Assembly (NCBI GenBank): GCA_964291415.2
Contig: OZ219917.1
Span: forward strand, 1,178,012-1,242,011
Length of the DNA: 64,000 nucleotides
Reading direction: 5' to 3'
Origin: Alphaproteobacteria bacterium
GTDB lineage: Bacteria > Pseudomonadota > Alphaproteobacteria > SP197
Part shown: positions 38,077 through 48,290 of the stretch, one piece after another
Layout of the letters: each line of letters starts with the position of its first letter
Position numbering within the stretch: position 1 is the stretch's first letter
Made by a program: the position numbers and the translations under genes
Notes under the pieces: model-generated
What the model saw: the letters and a program-made list of their open reading frames with translations, nothing else
Told to the model about the DNA's origin: nothing
Databases searched by the model: none

Positions 38077-39393
38077 ATGACACAATCACGTGTAGTTGCG
38101 ATCCTTTGCTGTACGCTGCTTCAGGTTTGTCTGGGCACAGTCTACGCATGGAGCTTCTTTCAGACACTCCTGGTCAGACAGCTGGGCTGGTCGTTTACGG
38201 ACACGGCGGTGGCGTTCAGCATCACCATTTTTTCGCTCGGCATGTCCGCTGCAGGCGCAGGCATGCTATTGCCGAAGTTCGGTCCCCGCCGACTGGCGCT
38301 CGCCGGGAGCGTGATGTTCTCGGGAGGCTATGTCCTGGCGGGGTTCGCACTGCACATTGAGAGCCTGCTGCTCTTCTATCTTGGCTACGGCGTCATAGGG
38401 GGTGCCGGCATCGGGCTCGGCTACGTCACGCCCGTGGCCACGGTTGCCAAGTGGTTTCCGGATCGCAAGGGATTGGCCACCGGCATTGTCGTCATGGGCT
38501 TCGGGATAGGAGCGGTCGTCCTGAGCAAGGGACTTGCACCCTTGCTGGTGGTGGAGACGAAGGGCGACTTGCCGCTTGTCTTCATATGGCTTGGAGTGGT
38601 GTTTGCCGCCGTGTTGCTTCCGTGCAGCTGGGCTTTGAGGGATCCACCGCCGGAATTCACGAGGCGTTTCCGTGGCAGCGGGACGACAGGTGAACTGGAG
38701 GAAGACCCTGGTTCGACGGCGCGCTGCCTGCGTTCGGGTGAATTCGCCGTGATGTGGATTGTCTTTTTCTTCAATATTGCCGCGGGGATTGCCGTCATCA
38801 GCTTTCAGTCACCCTTGCTCCAGGACGTCTGGGGGATTGCCGATCCGTCAGTGGAGCCGGAAACTCTCGCCGAATATGGCGCGACCCTGATTGCCGCAAG
38901 TTCGATCTGCAACGGAGTCGGACGACTTTTCTGGGGGTTGCTCTCGGATCGAATTGGCCGTGTGCGCGTGTTCAGGATATTGCTTGCCAGTCAGATGATT
39001 GTCTTCGGAATCTTGATGACCGAGCGTGATCCCTGGATTTTCTCGATCCTTGTCTGCTACATCCTTCTCTGCTTTGGCGGTGGTTTTGCGACGATGCCGT
39101 CGTTCATTCTGGATGTGTTCGGGGTGCGGAGAATGTCGTCAGTCTACGGAGTGATGTTGACGGCCTGGGCGGCAGCAGGGGTATGTGGTCCCCTCTATAT
39201 CGGGTATCTCAAGGATCAGTATCCCGACCGCGCCATCATCTATTGCTTCCTCATCGGCGTGTTGATTCTGGGCCTGGGGTACGTGTTTTCCTATCTGCTG
39301 AATGACGGAAGAGTTCGACTTCGACGGCCGAGCGTGGAAAGCACGTTGCGGGAGTACGGCATTGCGATACCACGTCACAGGCCTGCGAGATGA
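38077..39393 (+). CDS. OFA-family MFS transporter (oxalate/formate antiporter-like)
   Basis: CLGTVYAWS, GLGYVTPVATVAKWFPDRKGLATG, FGGGF, YGVMLTAW. Confidence 0.88.
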   Translation: MTQSRVVAILCCTLLQVCLGTVYAWSFFQTLLVRQLGWSFTDTAVAFSITIFSLGMSAAGAGMLLPKFGPRRLALAGSVMFSGGYVLAGFALHIESLLLFYLGYGVIGGAGIGLGYVTPVATVAKWFPDRKGLATGIVVMGFGIGAVVLSKGLAPLLVVETKGDLPLVFIWLGVVFAAVLLPCSWALRDPPPEFTRRFRGSGTTGELEEDPGSTARCLRSGEFAVMWIVFFFNIAAGIAVISFQSPLLQDVWGIADPSVEPETLAEYGATLIAASSICNGVGRLFWGLLSDRIGRVRVFRILLASQMIVFGILMTERDPWIFSILVCYILLCFGGGFATMPSFILDVFGVRRMSSVYGVMLTAWAAAGVCGPLYIGYLKDQYPDRAIIYCFLIGVLILGLGYVFSYLLNDGRVRLRRPSVESTLREYGIAIPRHRPAR

Positions 39394-39426
39394 CCACGGG
39401 GTCCGAAGCCTGACGGCATTGGTGCT

Positions 39427-39918
39427 CTATTGAGGAATGGCAAGGAACACCATGGTGCCGATGCCCCACAGCACCATCTGAAAGTGCGTGTTCTGGGACC
39501 ACTGATGGCAGTACCAGTAGGCAAAGTGATTGCCCACGATCAGGAACCCGGACCAGATCGAGGTGAATCCGAGCGTGCCGACCAGAGCGGCGATCCTGGC
39601 CTGCTCCAGATCCGCAAGTCCGCCGAGGGCAAGCGCCATCCAGAGGGTGGCGCCCCACAACACAAGACAGACCAGCACCTCGAAGCAAACGATGAAGACA
39701 AAGATCGCCCGTTGCAGGGCATGGTTGGTGACACGCCGGCCCTCGATCAGCCTGTAGTCCTCGGGATACTCCTCCCTGAGTCGCGTGAGTTCCAGCACCT
39801 CCTTCGTGCCCGTGCCGTTCATCGAGGGATGGACGATGTTGTCCCGGACGCCGAGCAGCAGCCAGGCTCCCAGATGGGCTGTCAGACAGGTTTGCGCGAT
39901 AGCGACCATCGTTTCCAT
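39427..39918 (-). CDS. DUF2165-like membrane protein
   Basis: Four hydrophobic segments, DNI...N, WSGFLIVGNHFAYW. Confidence 0.6.
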   Translation of the reverse strand: METMVAIAQTCLTAHLGAWLLLGVRDNIVHPSMNGTGTKEVLELTRLREEYPEDYRLIEGRRVTNHALQRAIFVFIVCFEVLVCLVLWGATLWMALALGGLADLEQARIAALVGTLGFTSIWSGFLIVGNHFAYWYCHQWSQNTHFQMVLWGIGTMVFLAIPQ

Positions 39919-39932
39919 GTCGACTCCCCGAT

Positions 39933-40727
39933 TCAAGCCCTCGACTGCGGTGGCGCGGTTGCCTCGACTTCCTTCATCAGTTCGCAGAAGCCGGCAACCA
40001 TGGACGCGACGTCCCGTTCGCCCTTGTCGGCGCATGCGGCTGTGGCGTCGCCCACGACACCTTCGGGATTCAGGTCGTGGGACATCCAGGCAACGTTCGC
40101 CTCCGATCCGTGATAGCCGACCCGTCGGTGGCGCGCCTTCATGTCCGACTGCGTGCTGGCGAAGTCTTCGGCCTTGGACATGTCAACCAGATCGGGGCGC
40201 AGCGCCAGCATCACCGAGGTTTCGCTGTTGCCGCCATGGATATCCGTGAAGACCGGGCCGTAGTCGTAGATTTCCTGCCACGTGCCGAGGCGCGACCAGC
40301 TCGTGGTGACAACGAGCATGGCGTGTCTGACCCGCAGTTCGCGCGCGACAATCTCCATCGGGTGGACGTTGCCTCCATGGCTGGTGACAAGAACGATCTT
40401 CCGGACGCCAGCCCGCGCGACGGACTCGCCGATTTCGAGCCAGCTGCGGACCGTCGTGTCCCAGTCCAGAGTCAGCGTCCCGGGAAATCCAAGGTGTTCG
40501 TTGGACTTGCAGATCTCCTCCAGCGGCAGGAAGGTGACGGGACTGTCCGGCGGCAGGGCGGCGGCGCAGCGTTCGACCATGCCCTCGGCGATCAGGGCAT
40601 CGACGCCGACCGGCAGATGCGGCCCGTGCTGCTCGATTGCGGCAAGCGGCAGGACGGCGATCCATTCGGAGGTATCGCCGTCGAATTCGGTGGTTGGCAT
40701 CTCACGCCAGAAACGTCTGCTCGGCAT
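39933..40727 (-). CDS. Creatininase family amidohydrolase
   Basis: AIEQHGPHLPVGVD, SNEH...PGTL, SHGGN, IHGG...ETS. Confidence 0.92.
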   Translation of the reverse strand: MPSRRFWREMPTTEFDGDTSEWIAVLPLAAIEQHGPHLPVGVDALIAEGMVERCAAALPPDSPVTFLPLEEICKSNEHLGFPGTLTLDWDTTVRSWLEIGESVARAGVRKIVLVTSHGGNVHPMEIVARELRVRHAMLVVTTSWSRLGTWQEIYDYGPVFTDIHGGNSETSVMLALRPDLVDMSKAEDFASTQSDMKARHRRVGYHGSEANVAWMSHDLNPEGVVGDATAACADKGERDVASMVAGFCELMKEVEATAPPQSRA

Positions 40728-41118
40728 CCTTGTCCTCCTTGGCGGCGATGGCTTCGACTTCGACAAGAAACTCCGGCCGGCTGAATCCCGAGACGATCAT
40801 GAGCGTGGAGGCCGGCTTGTCCGGTCTCCTTGCCAGATAGGCGTCACGGGCTGCCATGTAGCCGGCCATATGGGCGCGGTCGGTCACGTAGGCGTTGAGC
40901 CGCACGATGTGCTCGCGGGCGACGCCAGCTTCAGCCAGTATCGCGTCGATGTTCTCGAAGCAGAACCTGGCCTGTGCTTCGGCCGTTTCGGGGATGGTTC
41001 CGTCCGGCCCTATGCCAAGCTGGCCAGAGGTCACCACCAAGTGCCGGGCCCTGACCTCGACGCCGTGGGAGTAGTCCGCAAAGGGCGGCTGGATCGCCGC
41101 GGGATTGAGGCTTCTCAT
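40702..41118 (-). CDS. RidA/YjgF family protein
   Basis: YSHG, SGQLG, PASTL, LVEVEAIA. Confidence 0.92.
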   Translation of the reverse strand: MRSLNPAAIQPPFADYSHGVEVRARHLVVTSGQLGIGPDGTIPETAEAQARFCFENIDAILAEAGVAREHIVRLNAYVTDRAHMAGYMAARDAYLARRPDKPASTLMIVSGFSRPEFLVEVEAIAAKEDKDAEQTFLA

Positions 41119-42524
41119 GGCGCAGTCCCGCGCAGGCCGGCGTATTCGTAGCTGCCGGTCGGATCATAGGAGTAGTCGGGGTGTTCCCAGCCAATCATCT
41201 TGCCGGGGTTCAGGAGCCCCTTCGGATCGGTGCGTCGCTTCAGATCGAGCCGCGCCTGGTCCGCATCGCAGTGATTGCCTTCCTCGTAGGTGTAGACATG
41301 CGGGTTGTAGCAGGGGCAGCCCATGGCCTCGAGGCTCCCAATGACCTCCACAAGGCGTGCCTCGCTGCTGTAACGGTAAAGCGGCAGCAGGCTCGCATAG
41401 AGACGGCCCGCGGCCCGTACGTATTCGACGTGACCGATGATTTCGCCTGGAAAGCGCTGCGCGATGTCCTCCACCGCGCCCAGCGGATCCTCCTCCGGCG
41501 TGCCGACCTGCAGATAGGTCATCGCGGGGTTGTTCTTCAGCGCCAGCAGAGTCGTGTGGTTCCAGGTCAGGTGATAGAGATGCGGCAGGCCCTTCCTGTC
41601 CTCGTCGCCCGCCCTGTCAGAGCGAAAGGCGATGCGTCCACCATCGTTCTGCAACAGGTCGAGCAGCGGCCCTACGGCGTTGGGCGCGGCGAGGATGCAC
41701 AGCAGGCTGTCGCCCTCCCGCAGGAACTTGCGATGGCGCGTGAAGTACCTGTAGGGAGCCGGCACCTGAATTGCCGCGAGTTGTTTCAGCCACAGACCTT
41801 CATGATGGGCAACCGCCCATCCCGCCCGCACCGCGGTCATCCAGTCGTCGAAGGAGACCAGCAGTTCGACCCAGTTCTGGGCCGGCGCCAGGGGTAGTTC
41901 GACCTCGGTGATGATGCCGTTCACGCCGTAGGAATGATGGACGATCGCAATGTCATCGCCGGTCAGGTCGATCAGACGAGGTTCTTCCTCGAGGGTCGCA
42001 AGGCGCAGGCGCAAGAGGTTGCCGGGTTCACGCAGCATGCCCCAGCGGATCGATCCGACGCCGCCAGACCCTCCGGCAACGAAGCCGCCGATGGTCGCGG
42101 TCTCGCGCGTCGAGGGATGCATGCGCAGCTCCTGCCCGCTGTGTTCGAGCGTTTCCGCCTCAATCCTGTTCAACACGGCACCCGGTTCGACAACGAGAAC
42201 GCCTTCGCCAATCGACTTGATTCGGTTCATCGATTTCATGTCCAGCACGACGCCGCCCGCAAGAGGCACGGCCTGGGCGTAGTTTCCGGTGCCGCCGCCG
42301 CGCGGGGTGACCGGAATGTCCAGTTCCCAGCATGCGGCCAGGACCCGCAGCAGTTCCTCCTCGTTGCGCGGCGAGACGACGGCCTCTGCCGTGACGTCCT
42401 TGAGCTTCTCCTTGAGAACCGGCGAATACCAGAATGAATCGCGGCTCTTCCCGCGGACCACGTTCGCACGCGTGGTGATCGGGATGTCGTCGATTCTTTC
42501 CGTGAGCGCCTCGATGCGGCTCAT
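41115..42524 (-). CDS. FAD-binding oxidoreductase (GlcD-like)
   Basis: PRGGGTGNY, TIGGFVAGGSGG, DPKGLLNPGK. Confidence 0.9.
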   Translation of the reverse strand: MSRIEALTERIDDIPITTRANVVRGKSRDSFWYSPVLKEKLKDVTAEAVVSPRNEEELLRVLAACWELDIPVTPRGGGTGNYAQAVPLAGGVVLDMKSMNRIKSIGEGVLVVEPGAVLNRIEAETLEHSGQELRMHPSTRETATIGGFVAGGSGGVGSIRWGMLREPGNLLRLRLATLEEEPRLIDLTGDDIAIVHHSYGVNGIITEVELPLAPAQNWVELLVSFDDWMTAVRAGWAVAHHEGLWLKQLAAIQVPAPYRYFTRHRKFLREGDSLLCILAAPNAVGPLLDLLQNDGGRIAFRSDRAGDEDRKGLPHLYHLTWNHTTLLALKNNPAMTYLQVGTPEEDPLGAVEDIAQRFPGEIIGHVEYVRAAGRLYASLLPLYRYSSEARLVEVIGSLEAMGCPCYNPHVYTYEEGNHCDADQARLDLKRRTDPKGLLNPGKMIGWEHPDYSYDPTGSYEYAGLRGTAP

Positions 42525-43852
42525 ATCCGCATTCCCTTCATGTCGTCCAGGTGTTGATAGTCAGGCGGGGTCGTATCGATCGGGTGTCCGCCGCGCAGGA
42601 CGATTCGATCCGAGAGCGGACGGGAAACGAACTCGCTCCAGTTGCGCGCCGTGAAGAGGATGAGATCGGCCGGCGCGCCTGGCTCCAGCCTGCCGCGACC
42701 GGACAGACCCATGAGGTCTGCCGCGGTCGTCGTCACGGCCATCGCCCAGTCGCCGAGCGGATGATCGAGCTGCATCATGCGCACGGCGTCACGAAAGAGT
42801 TCCGGGATATCGTGATCGCCGTAGGCGTAGAACGCGTCGCGTACGTTGTCCGAGGCGATGGCCACCGGAATGCCGTGCTTGCGCATTTCGTGCACCGGAG
42901 CGCAGCCGCGATAGCGCGGCGTTTCGCCGGCCCGGCGATCCATGAGATAGGCATTGCAAAGCGGCAGCGAGACGACGCCGATTCCGGCCCTTGCCACCCG
43001 CTCGAGCGTGCGCTCGAGCGTCTGTGGCGGTTGCACCGACAGGGCGCAGCAATGTCCGACCAGCACCGGTCGATCGAACCCGTTGCGCAACACCGCTCTG
43101 GCGATCGCGTCGAGGCCCCTGGATTCCGGATCGAGAACCTCATCGGCGTGCAAGTCGAGCTCCAGGCCGTAACGCCCGGCGATCGCCATGACGTCGTCGA
43201 GCGCGCGATCGAGTTCCACATTCGCAGGCACGAAGACGCTCAGGATGCCTGAATGATCGTGGCGCGCCCGTTCCGCCACTTCGCGGACCCAGTCGGGGTC
43301 CTCGTCTATGCTCACAAAAGGGCAGACCTGGAGCGCAATCCGATCGCGCCAGTCATCGGCCAGTTCACAGAGGGTGGCAAACGCCAGTGCGAACGAGGAA
43401 CGGCCGGAATCCACATGGCTGCGGATTGCCGTGGTGCCGTGGGCGAAGGCCGTGTTGAGTGCAAAGTCGGCCCTTTGCCGGATATCGTCTGCGCAGTGAT
43501 AGGCGGCCGCATCCCGACTGGCGCTGGCCGAGGCGCCGTCGAACGTGCCGTCCGCATTCGGCGAGCGCTGCCACACCAGCGCCTTGTCCAGGTGGGTGTG
43601 GCAATCGACCGGCCCCGGCCAGGCCATGGCTCTCGCCATATCGGGGCCGTCCGGCAGGTCGTCGCGGCTGGCAGGCGGACCAAGCCAGTCGATGCGCCCT
43701 TCGGCAATCACCATGTCGGCGCCCAGCAGGCCGTCGCCGACCTGAGGCAGGCCGGCCGTCGGCGCCGTTCCCTGGGGGAGGCGCAGGTTGCGCAGGGCCA
43801 GGGGCTCGCCTGCCTGCGCTGACAACAGCTGCCGGGGGGTGTGCTGTTTCAT
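42521..43852 (-). CDS. Cytosine/pterin deaminase-like amidohydrolase
   Basis: DCHTHLDK, HGTTAIRSH, DLHADE, GHCCAL, SDNVRDAFYAYG. Confidence 0.9.
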   Translation of the reverse strand: MKQHTPRQLLSAQAGEPLALRNLRLPQGTAPTAGLPQVGDGLLGADMVIAEGRIDWLGPPASRDDLPDGPDMARAMAWPGPVDCHTHLDKALVWQRSPNADGTFDGASASASRDAAAYHCADDIRQRADFALNTAFAHGTTAIRSHVDSGRSSFALAFATLCELADDWRDRIALQVCPFVSIDEDPDWVREVAERARHDHSGILSVFVPANVELDRALDDVMAIAGRYGLELDLHADEVLDPESRGLDAIARAVLRNGFDRPVLVGHCCALSVQPPQTLERTLERVARAGIGVVSLPLCNAYLMDRRAGETPRYRGCAPVHEMRKHGIPVAIASDNVRDAFYAYGDHDIPELFRDAVRMMQLDHPLGDWAMAVTTTAADLMGLSGRGRLEPGAPADLILFTARNWSEFVSRPLSDRIVLRGGHPIDTTPPDYQHLDDMKGMRI

Positions 43853-44736
43853 GGACGCGTCGCGGACAAGCCATCGGCATCACCGGCCGAGATGCAACAG
43901 CTCACCAGCGTTCGTGCCTGATCGTAGGGCCAGGGTGTGCCGCGGTGCAGAGTGGCGCGCTCGTCCCAAACCAGCACGTCTCCCGGACGCCAGTGATGGG
44001 CATAGACATGGCCCGGCCCGGTCATGCGTTCGATCAGGTCGTCGATGAACTTCTGGCCCTCGTCGTCGTCCATGCCGCTCGCCGCAAAGGCATGCGAAGC
44101 GACATAGACCGCCTCGGCGCCGGTCACCGGGTTGCGCCACACCGCGCGCCATTCGGTATCCGGCCACATGGTGAAGAGGTCCAGCTTGGCCAGGTCCGGA
44201 TCGATGCGGGCCCGTGAGTGACTGTAGCGATGGCGACATGTCATGCCGCGCAGCCGCTGCTGCATGGCTGGCTCGAGCGCCCCGAACCCGGCCCTGGTCG
44301 AAACGAATTCGGTGGCACCGCCCTTCTGCGGCACGACTCGCGCCTGCAGCACGTTGGCCAGTGCCGGCGTCGGCAGGAAGGTGCTGTCGGTGTGCCACAG
44401 CATGTTGGCTTTCAAGCCGAGCAGGCGCAGGTCGTCTTCATCATAGACGCCGCCATCCCCGGTCTCGTTGCTGACGCCGTAGGATATGCGCGGCTCGCCA
44501 TCCATGCGCCTGTTGGAGCGGTCTTCGATGGGCCCGAACAGCCGACCGAAGGCGAGGTGCTCCCGGTCGTCGAGGTGCTGTTCCGCGAACAGCAAAAGCG
44601 AATGCCGCTCAAACAGGGCACGGATTGCCGGGTAGATGCGATCCGCCGTGACGTCGCGCAAATCGACATCGTGCACCTCTACGCCAAACTCGGGATGCAG
44701 CGGTGTCGTCTTCAGTCGGTCCGTCTTGTCGCTCAT
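43849..44736 (-). CDS. TauD/TfdA family dioxygenase
   Basis: WHTDSTF, GGATEF, WRNPVTG, WDERATLHR. Confidence 0.92.
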   Translation of the reverse strand: MSDKTDRLKTTPLHPEFGVEVHDVDLRDVTADRIYPAIRALFERHSLLLFAEQHLDDREHLAFGRLFGPIEDRSNRRMDGEPRISYGVSNETGDGGVYDEDDLRLLGLKANMLWHTDSTFLPTPALANVLQARVVPQKGGATEFVSTRAGFGALEPAMQQRLRGMTCRHRYSHSRARIDPDLAKLDLFTMWPDTEWRAVWRNPVTGAEAVYVASHAFAASGMDDDEGQKFIDDLIERMTGPGHVYAHHWRPGDVLVWDERATLHRGTPWPYDQARTLVSCCISAGDADGLSATRP

Positions 44737-45109
44737 CGCCCGCCTCGCTCGTCAAGGGCAGGGTTCCCCGCAATTCGCCCCGTTGAGGTGCGCGAAATGA
44801 AAGCCGCCTGAAGGCGCCTGCGCGCCTGGCATGGAATCCTCGAGGGGCGTACATATCGGAGAAAACACCCGCACCGCCGACAGGGGACAATCGCCCGATC
44901 GTTGCCGGGTGCAGAATCGGCAAGGGAAAAAGCGACCTGGGCCATGCGTTCCTCCGTGAAGACGGAACTGCGGCCCTGATATAACCCTATCGCCAGTGGG
45001 TGCCCCGAAAGATGGAGCGACATCCCAAAGCTGTCAAGGTGTTTGCCAGGTGTTGAAGAGGGGACAGGTCGCGGCCTTCATCAGGTTCACTCAGGATCAT
45101 CTCTTGCCG

Positions 45110-45250
45110 CAATCCGGTACAGCCACGGGTTCCAGGGCAGGAGCTGGTCGAGGCGGTTGTGCGGCGTTCGCGGGCCAGGCTGATCACGCCCTGCGTCGCC
45201 AGCCAGACGCCTCATCCACGACACAGTGGCGAGCGCTTGCAGCGGACCCC
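45110..45250 (-). pseudogene. IS66 transposase C-terminal remnant
   Basis: PHNRLDQLLPWN motif. Confidence 0.55.
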
Positions 45251-45291
45251 GGGTCAGAGGACATCGCAGGATGGATGCGAAGGTCGGCCCG

Positions 45292-46725
45292 TCAGATTTG
45301 AGCGACGGGACGGCCGAGCGGTACAGCGGACTCCGGATACTCGCAGGGTAGAAACTCGCCCCGCCCCGGCTCGGCCAGTATCTCGCCGTCCGCCCAGACC
45401 ACGTCACCGCGCGACAGCGTGATCGCCGGCCATCCCGTGATGTTCATTCCCTCGTACGGCGTGTAGTCGACGTTGTGGTGAAGCAGGTCGTTGCTGATCG
45501 TCACCTCTCGCAAATCATCCCAGATGACGATGTCGGCGTCGCAACCGACTGCTATCGTGCCCTTCTGCGGATACAGCCCGTACAGCTTGGCGGGTGTCGT
45601 GGCTGTCAGTTCCACGAATCGCTCGAGGTTGATGATGTTCTTGCCGACTCCCTCCGAGAAGAGAAGCGGCATGCGGGTCTCAAGGCCCGGTACACCGTTC
45701 GGGATCCAGCGAAACGAGGCGTCTTCACCGTGCATCTTCTTTCCGCCGGGACCCTCGAAACGGGTCGGGGCATGATCGGACGAAAACACGTCGAAGGTTC
45801 CGTTGCGAAGTCCATCCCAGATCACCTGCTGGTTGGCCTTGTCCCGGGGCGGTGGGCTGCAGACGCACTTGGCGCCCTCGAAGCCGGGCTTGTCGAGGTC
45901 ATCCTCGGTAAGGAACAGGTACTGCGGACAGGTTTCCGCAAACAGCTTGAGACCCCGGGCCCGGGCCCTGTGGATTTCGTCCACCACATCACGAGCGGAA
46001 ACGTGCACCAGCAGTATCGGCACATCCAGGAGTTCGGCCAGGGTGATGGCCCGGTGCGTGCCTTCGCGCTCGACAGGCCGCGGACGCGAATGGGCATGGT
46101 ACTTCGGAGCAATCTTTCCCGACTGCTCCAGCCGATCGGTCAGCCAGCTGATGCAATCGCCATTTTCGGCATGCACCATCACGAAAGCCCGTTCACGGCG
46201 CGCCAGCGCCAGCACGTCCAGGATCTCGCGGTCATTCAGCATGAGGCCGTCGTACGTCATGTAAATCTTGAAGGAGGTGTAGCCGTCCCGGATCAGTCCC
46301 GGCATTTCCTGGCCCAGGACGTGTTCGTTGGGATCAACGACGATCATGTGAATCGCGTAGTCGGTGACCGCTCGGTTCTCGGCGCGCCCGCGATACTCGT
46401 TCACGGCCTCCCTGAGACTCTGGCCCCTGAACTGCAACGCAAAGGGAATCACCGTGGTCGTGCCGCCGGCCAGCGCCGAGCGTGTGCCGGTAAGGAAGTC
46501 GTCGGCGCATACCGATCCATTCCTGCTGGGCTGATCGATGTGACAGTGACTGTCAACGCCACCGGGGGTCACCGTTCGCCCCTCGGCATCGATCACATGA
46601 TCGGCGCCTTCCAGTGAATCTGCCAGCGCCGCGATGCGGCCATCGCGAATGCCGATGTCACACCTGACGACGGCGGCTGACGTCGCCACCATACCTCCCC
46701 GAACGATGGTATCGAATCTGCTCAC
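45292..46725 (-). CDS. hydA: Dihydropyrimidinase (hydantoinase)
   Basis: PGGVDSHCH, GGTTT, SFKIYMTY, VHAENG, ETCPQY, CSPP, SSDHAP, HHNVDYTPYEG. Confidence 0.92.
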   Translation of the reverse strand: MSRFDTIVRGGMVATSAAVVRCDIGIRDGRIAALADSLEGADHVIDAEGRTVTPGGVDSHCHIDQPSRNGSVCADDFLTGTRSALAGGTTTVIPFALQFRGQSLREAVNEYRGRAENRAVTDYAIHMIVVDPNEHVLGQEMPGLIRDGYTSFKIYMTYDGLMLNDREILDVLALARRERAFVMVHAENGDCISWLTDRLEQSGKIAPKYHAHSRPRPVEREGTHRAITLAELLDVPILLVHVSARDVVDEIHRARARGLKLFAETCPQYLFLTEDDLDKPGFEGAKCVCSPPPRDKANQQVIWDGLRNGTFDVFSSDHAPTRFEGPGGKKMHGEDASFRWIPNGVPGLETRMPLLFSEGVGKNIINLERFVELTATTPAKLYGLYPQKGTIAVGCDADIVIWDDLREVTISNDLLHHNVDYTPYEGMNITGWPAITLSRGDVVWADGEILAEPGRGEFLPCEYPESAVPLGRPVAQI

Positions 46726-46772
46726 GTGTCTCTCCTCTCATTCCTGGCGGCATGACGGACCGACAGACGAGC

Positions 46773-47840
46773 CTACGGCGGCGCTACGCCGAGCTGCCTG
46801 CCAATCTCCAGACCGTCCTCCCAGCAGTGGCGGTCGATCCGCACCTCGCCCTCTTCGAGCGCACGCCTCCGACGCGTGGCGCTGCCCTCACCGGGATACC
46901 TGATTTCCGTCACGCCGGGAGCCTTCCTGGAGGACTTGACCGCTCCGAGGCGCTGACCCACGGAGCGCTTGAAGCTCTCGATGCTGCCAAACATCTCCGG
47001 GTCGATCGCGATGAACAGGTGACCCTTGAGGGCCCCCTCCTTTTCCACGTGGTCCACGCCCATGTCACAACCGACCAGGGCGCCCGAGAGGAAATCGATC
47101 AGCAGCAGCAGACCGTAGCCCTTGTGTCCGCCCGGGTCGATAGCGCCGGTATCGCGGGCGTAGTTGAGGCCGTCGCACACCAGGTCGGGATCGCCCGTGG
47201 AACGCCCGGACCTGTCGTGAGCCACCCCGTCGGGGAGTCTGCCCCGGTAGCGCCGGGAATAGCGCACGTAGGTGGGCAGCGTTGCGCAGGGTGTGAAATC
47301 GGCCAGAAACGGCGTGCTTCCGGTCGGCACCGAGAACGCCATCGGGTTGCTTCCGATGACGGGCTCGACGCCTCCGACCGGGTGGACGACGGGCACGACG
47401 TCGTCGCTGAACACCATGCCGACCACATCCCGGTTTGCCATGCGCTCCGCGTACAAGCCCGCATGAAACAGGTCATGGCTGTTTCTGACCCCGACAACCG
47501 CGCATCCGGCGACTTTCGCCTTGGCGGCCGCGACCTCGGCCGCCAGAAGCCCGGCCAGCGGACCCGGGCCCGAGTTTCCGTCTATGAGCGCAAAGCAGGC
47601 CTTTCCCCTGACGATGACAGGTCTTGCGACCGGGTCGGCCTCGCCCTTCCGGTAGTACTGCAGGTGGCTGTTGATCAGGTGATTGAAGCCCTGCACGCCC
47701 ACACCCCTCAAATCTGATTCAAGATGCACGTCCGCCACGACGGCCGCAGCCTCCCGGTCGAACCCCACCGCTTCCAGGAGACGTTGCATGTAGGTCCGCA
47801 GGACATCGATGCGAACCGATCTCGTTTCGTGGCCAAGCAT
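46773..47840 (-). CDS. Ldh_2 family oxidoreductase (malate/L-lactate/ureidoglycolate dehydrogenase-like)
   Basis: ESDLRGV, RNSH, GSNPMAF, GGHKGYGL, IAIDP, IRYPGE. Confidence 0.88.
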   Translation of the reverse strand: MLGHETRSVRIDVLRTYMQRLLEAVGFDREAAAVVADVHLESDLRGVGVQGFNHLINSHLQYYRKGEADPVARPVIVRGKACFALIDGNSGPGPLAGLLAAEVAAAKAKVAGCAVVGVRNSHDLFHAGLYAERMANRDVVGMVFSDDVVPVVHPVGGVEPVIGSNPMAFSVPTGSTPFLADFTPCATLPTYVRYSRRYRGRLPDGVAHDRSGRSTGDPDLVCDGLNYARDTGAIDPGGHKGYGLLLLIDFLSGALVGCDMGVDHVEKEGALKGHLFIAIDPEMFGSIESFKRSVGQRLGAVKSSRKAPGVTEIRYPGEGSATRRRRALEEGEVRIDRHCWEDGLEIGRQLGVAPP

Positions 47841-48290
47841 GGTGTCTCCTTCCTCACGGCCCGCATGGCCGCCATGGGTGGGGCAATGCCGGTTTCGAAG
47901 ATGCTAACCCGAATCGGCCAGACTGAAATCTCCGCCTCTCCACCCTCAAGGCCCTGCGCCCCCCACAGGACAGACCGAGATCGCGACAGCCTGTTCGATC
48001 TCGGCCTGGAACTCAACGCAATCGCCATTCCCGCGCACAGGCTGTCGTCACAGGTGCTCTGGTGAACGCCGGCATGCTGCACCCCGTGATGTGCGTTGCA
48101 GCGAGCAGCGCGGGAAAGACGGTGACCAGCATGATCGGCGTTGTCATGCCGGCGCACAGCATCGCAACATGTTGATTCAATGGAATTCCGGGGTGCCAAT
48201 CGACAAGGCTGGGCCATGAAGCCACTGGACTTTCGAACAGGAGCAGGTCAGGTTGACCCGCTTGGTGGTGGAAGACCGGAGCGGGACGCC

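Noticed and set aside
44740-45050. Riboswitch upstream of the TauD/deaminase operon
   Set aside because: No recognisable aptamer consensus; an Rfam search would be needed
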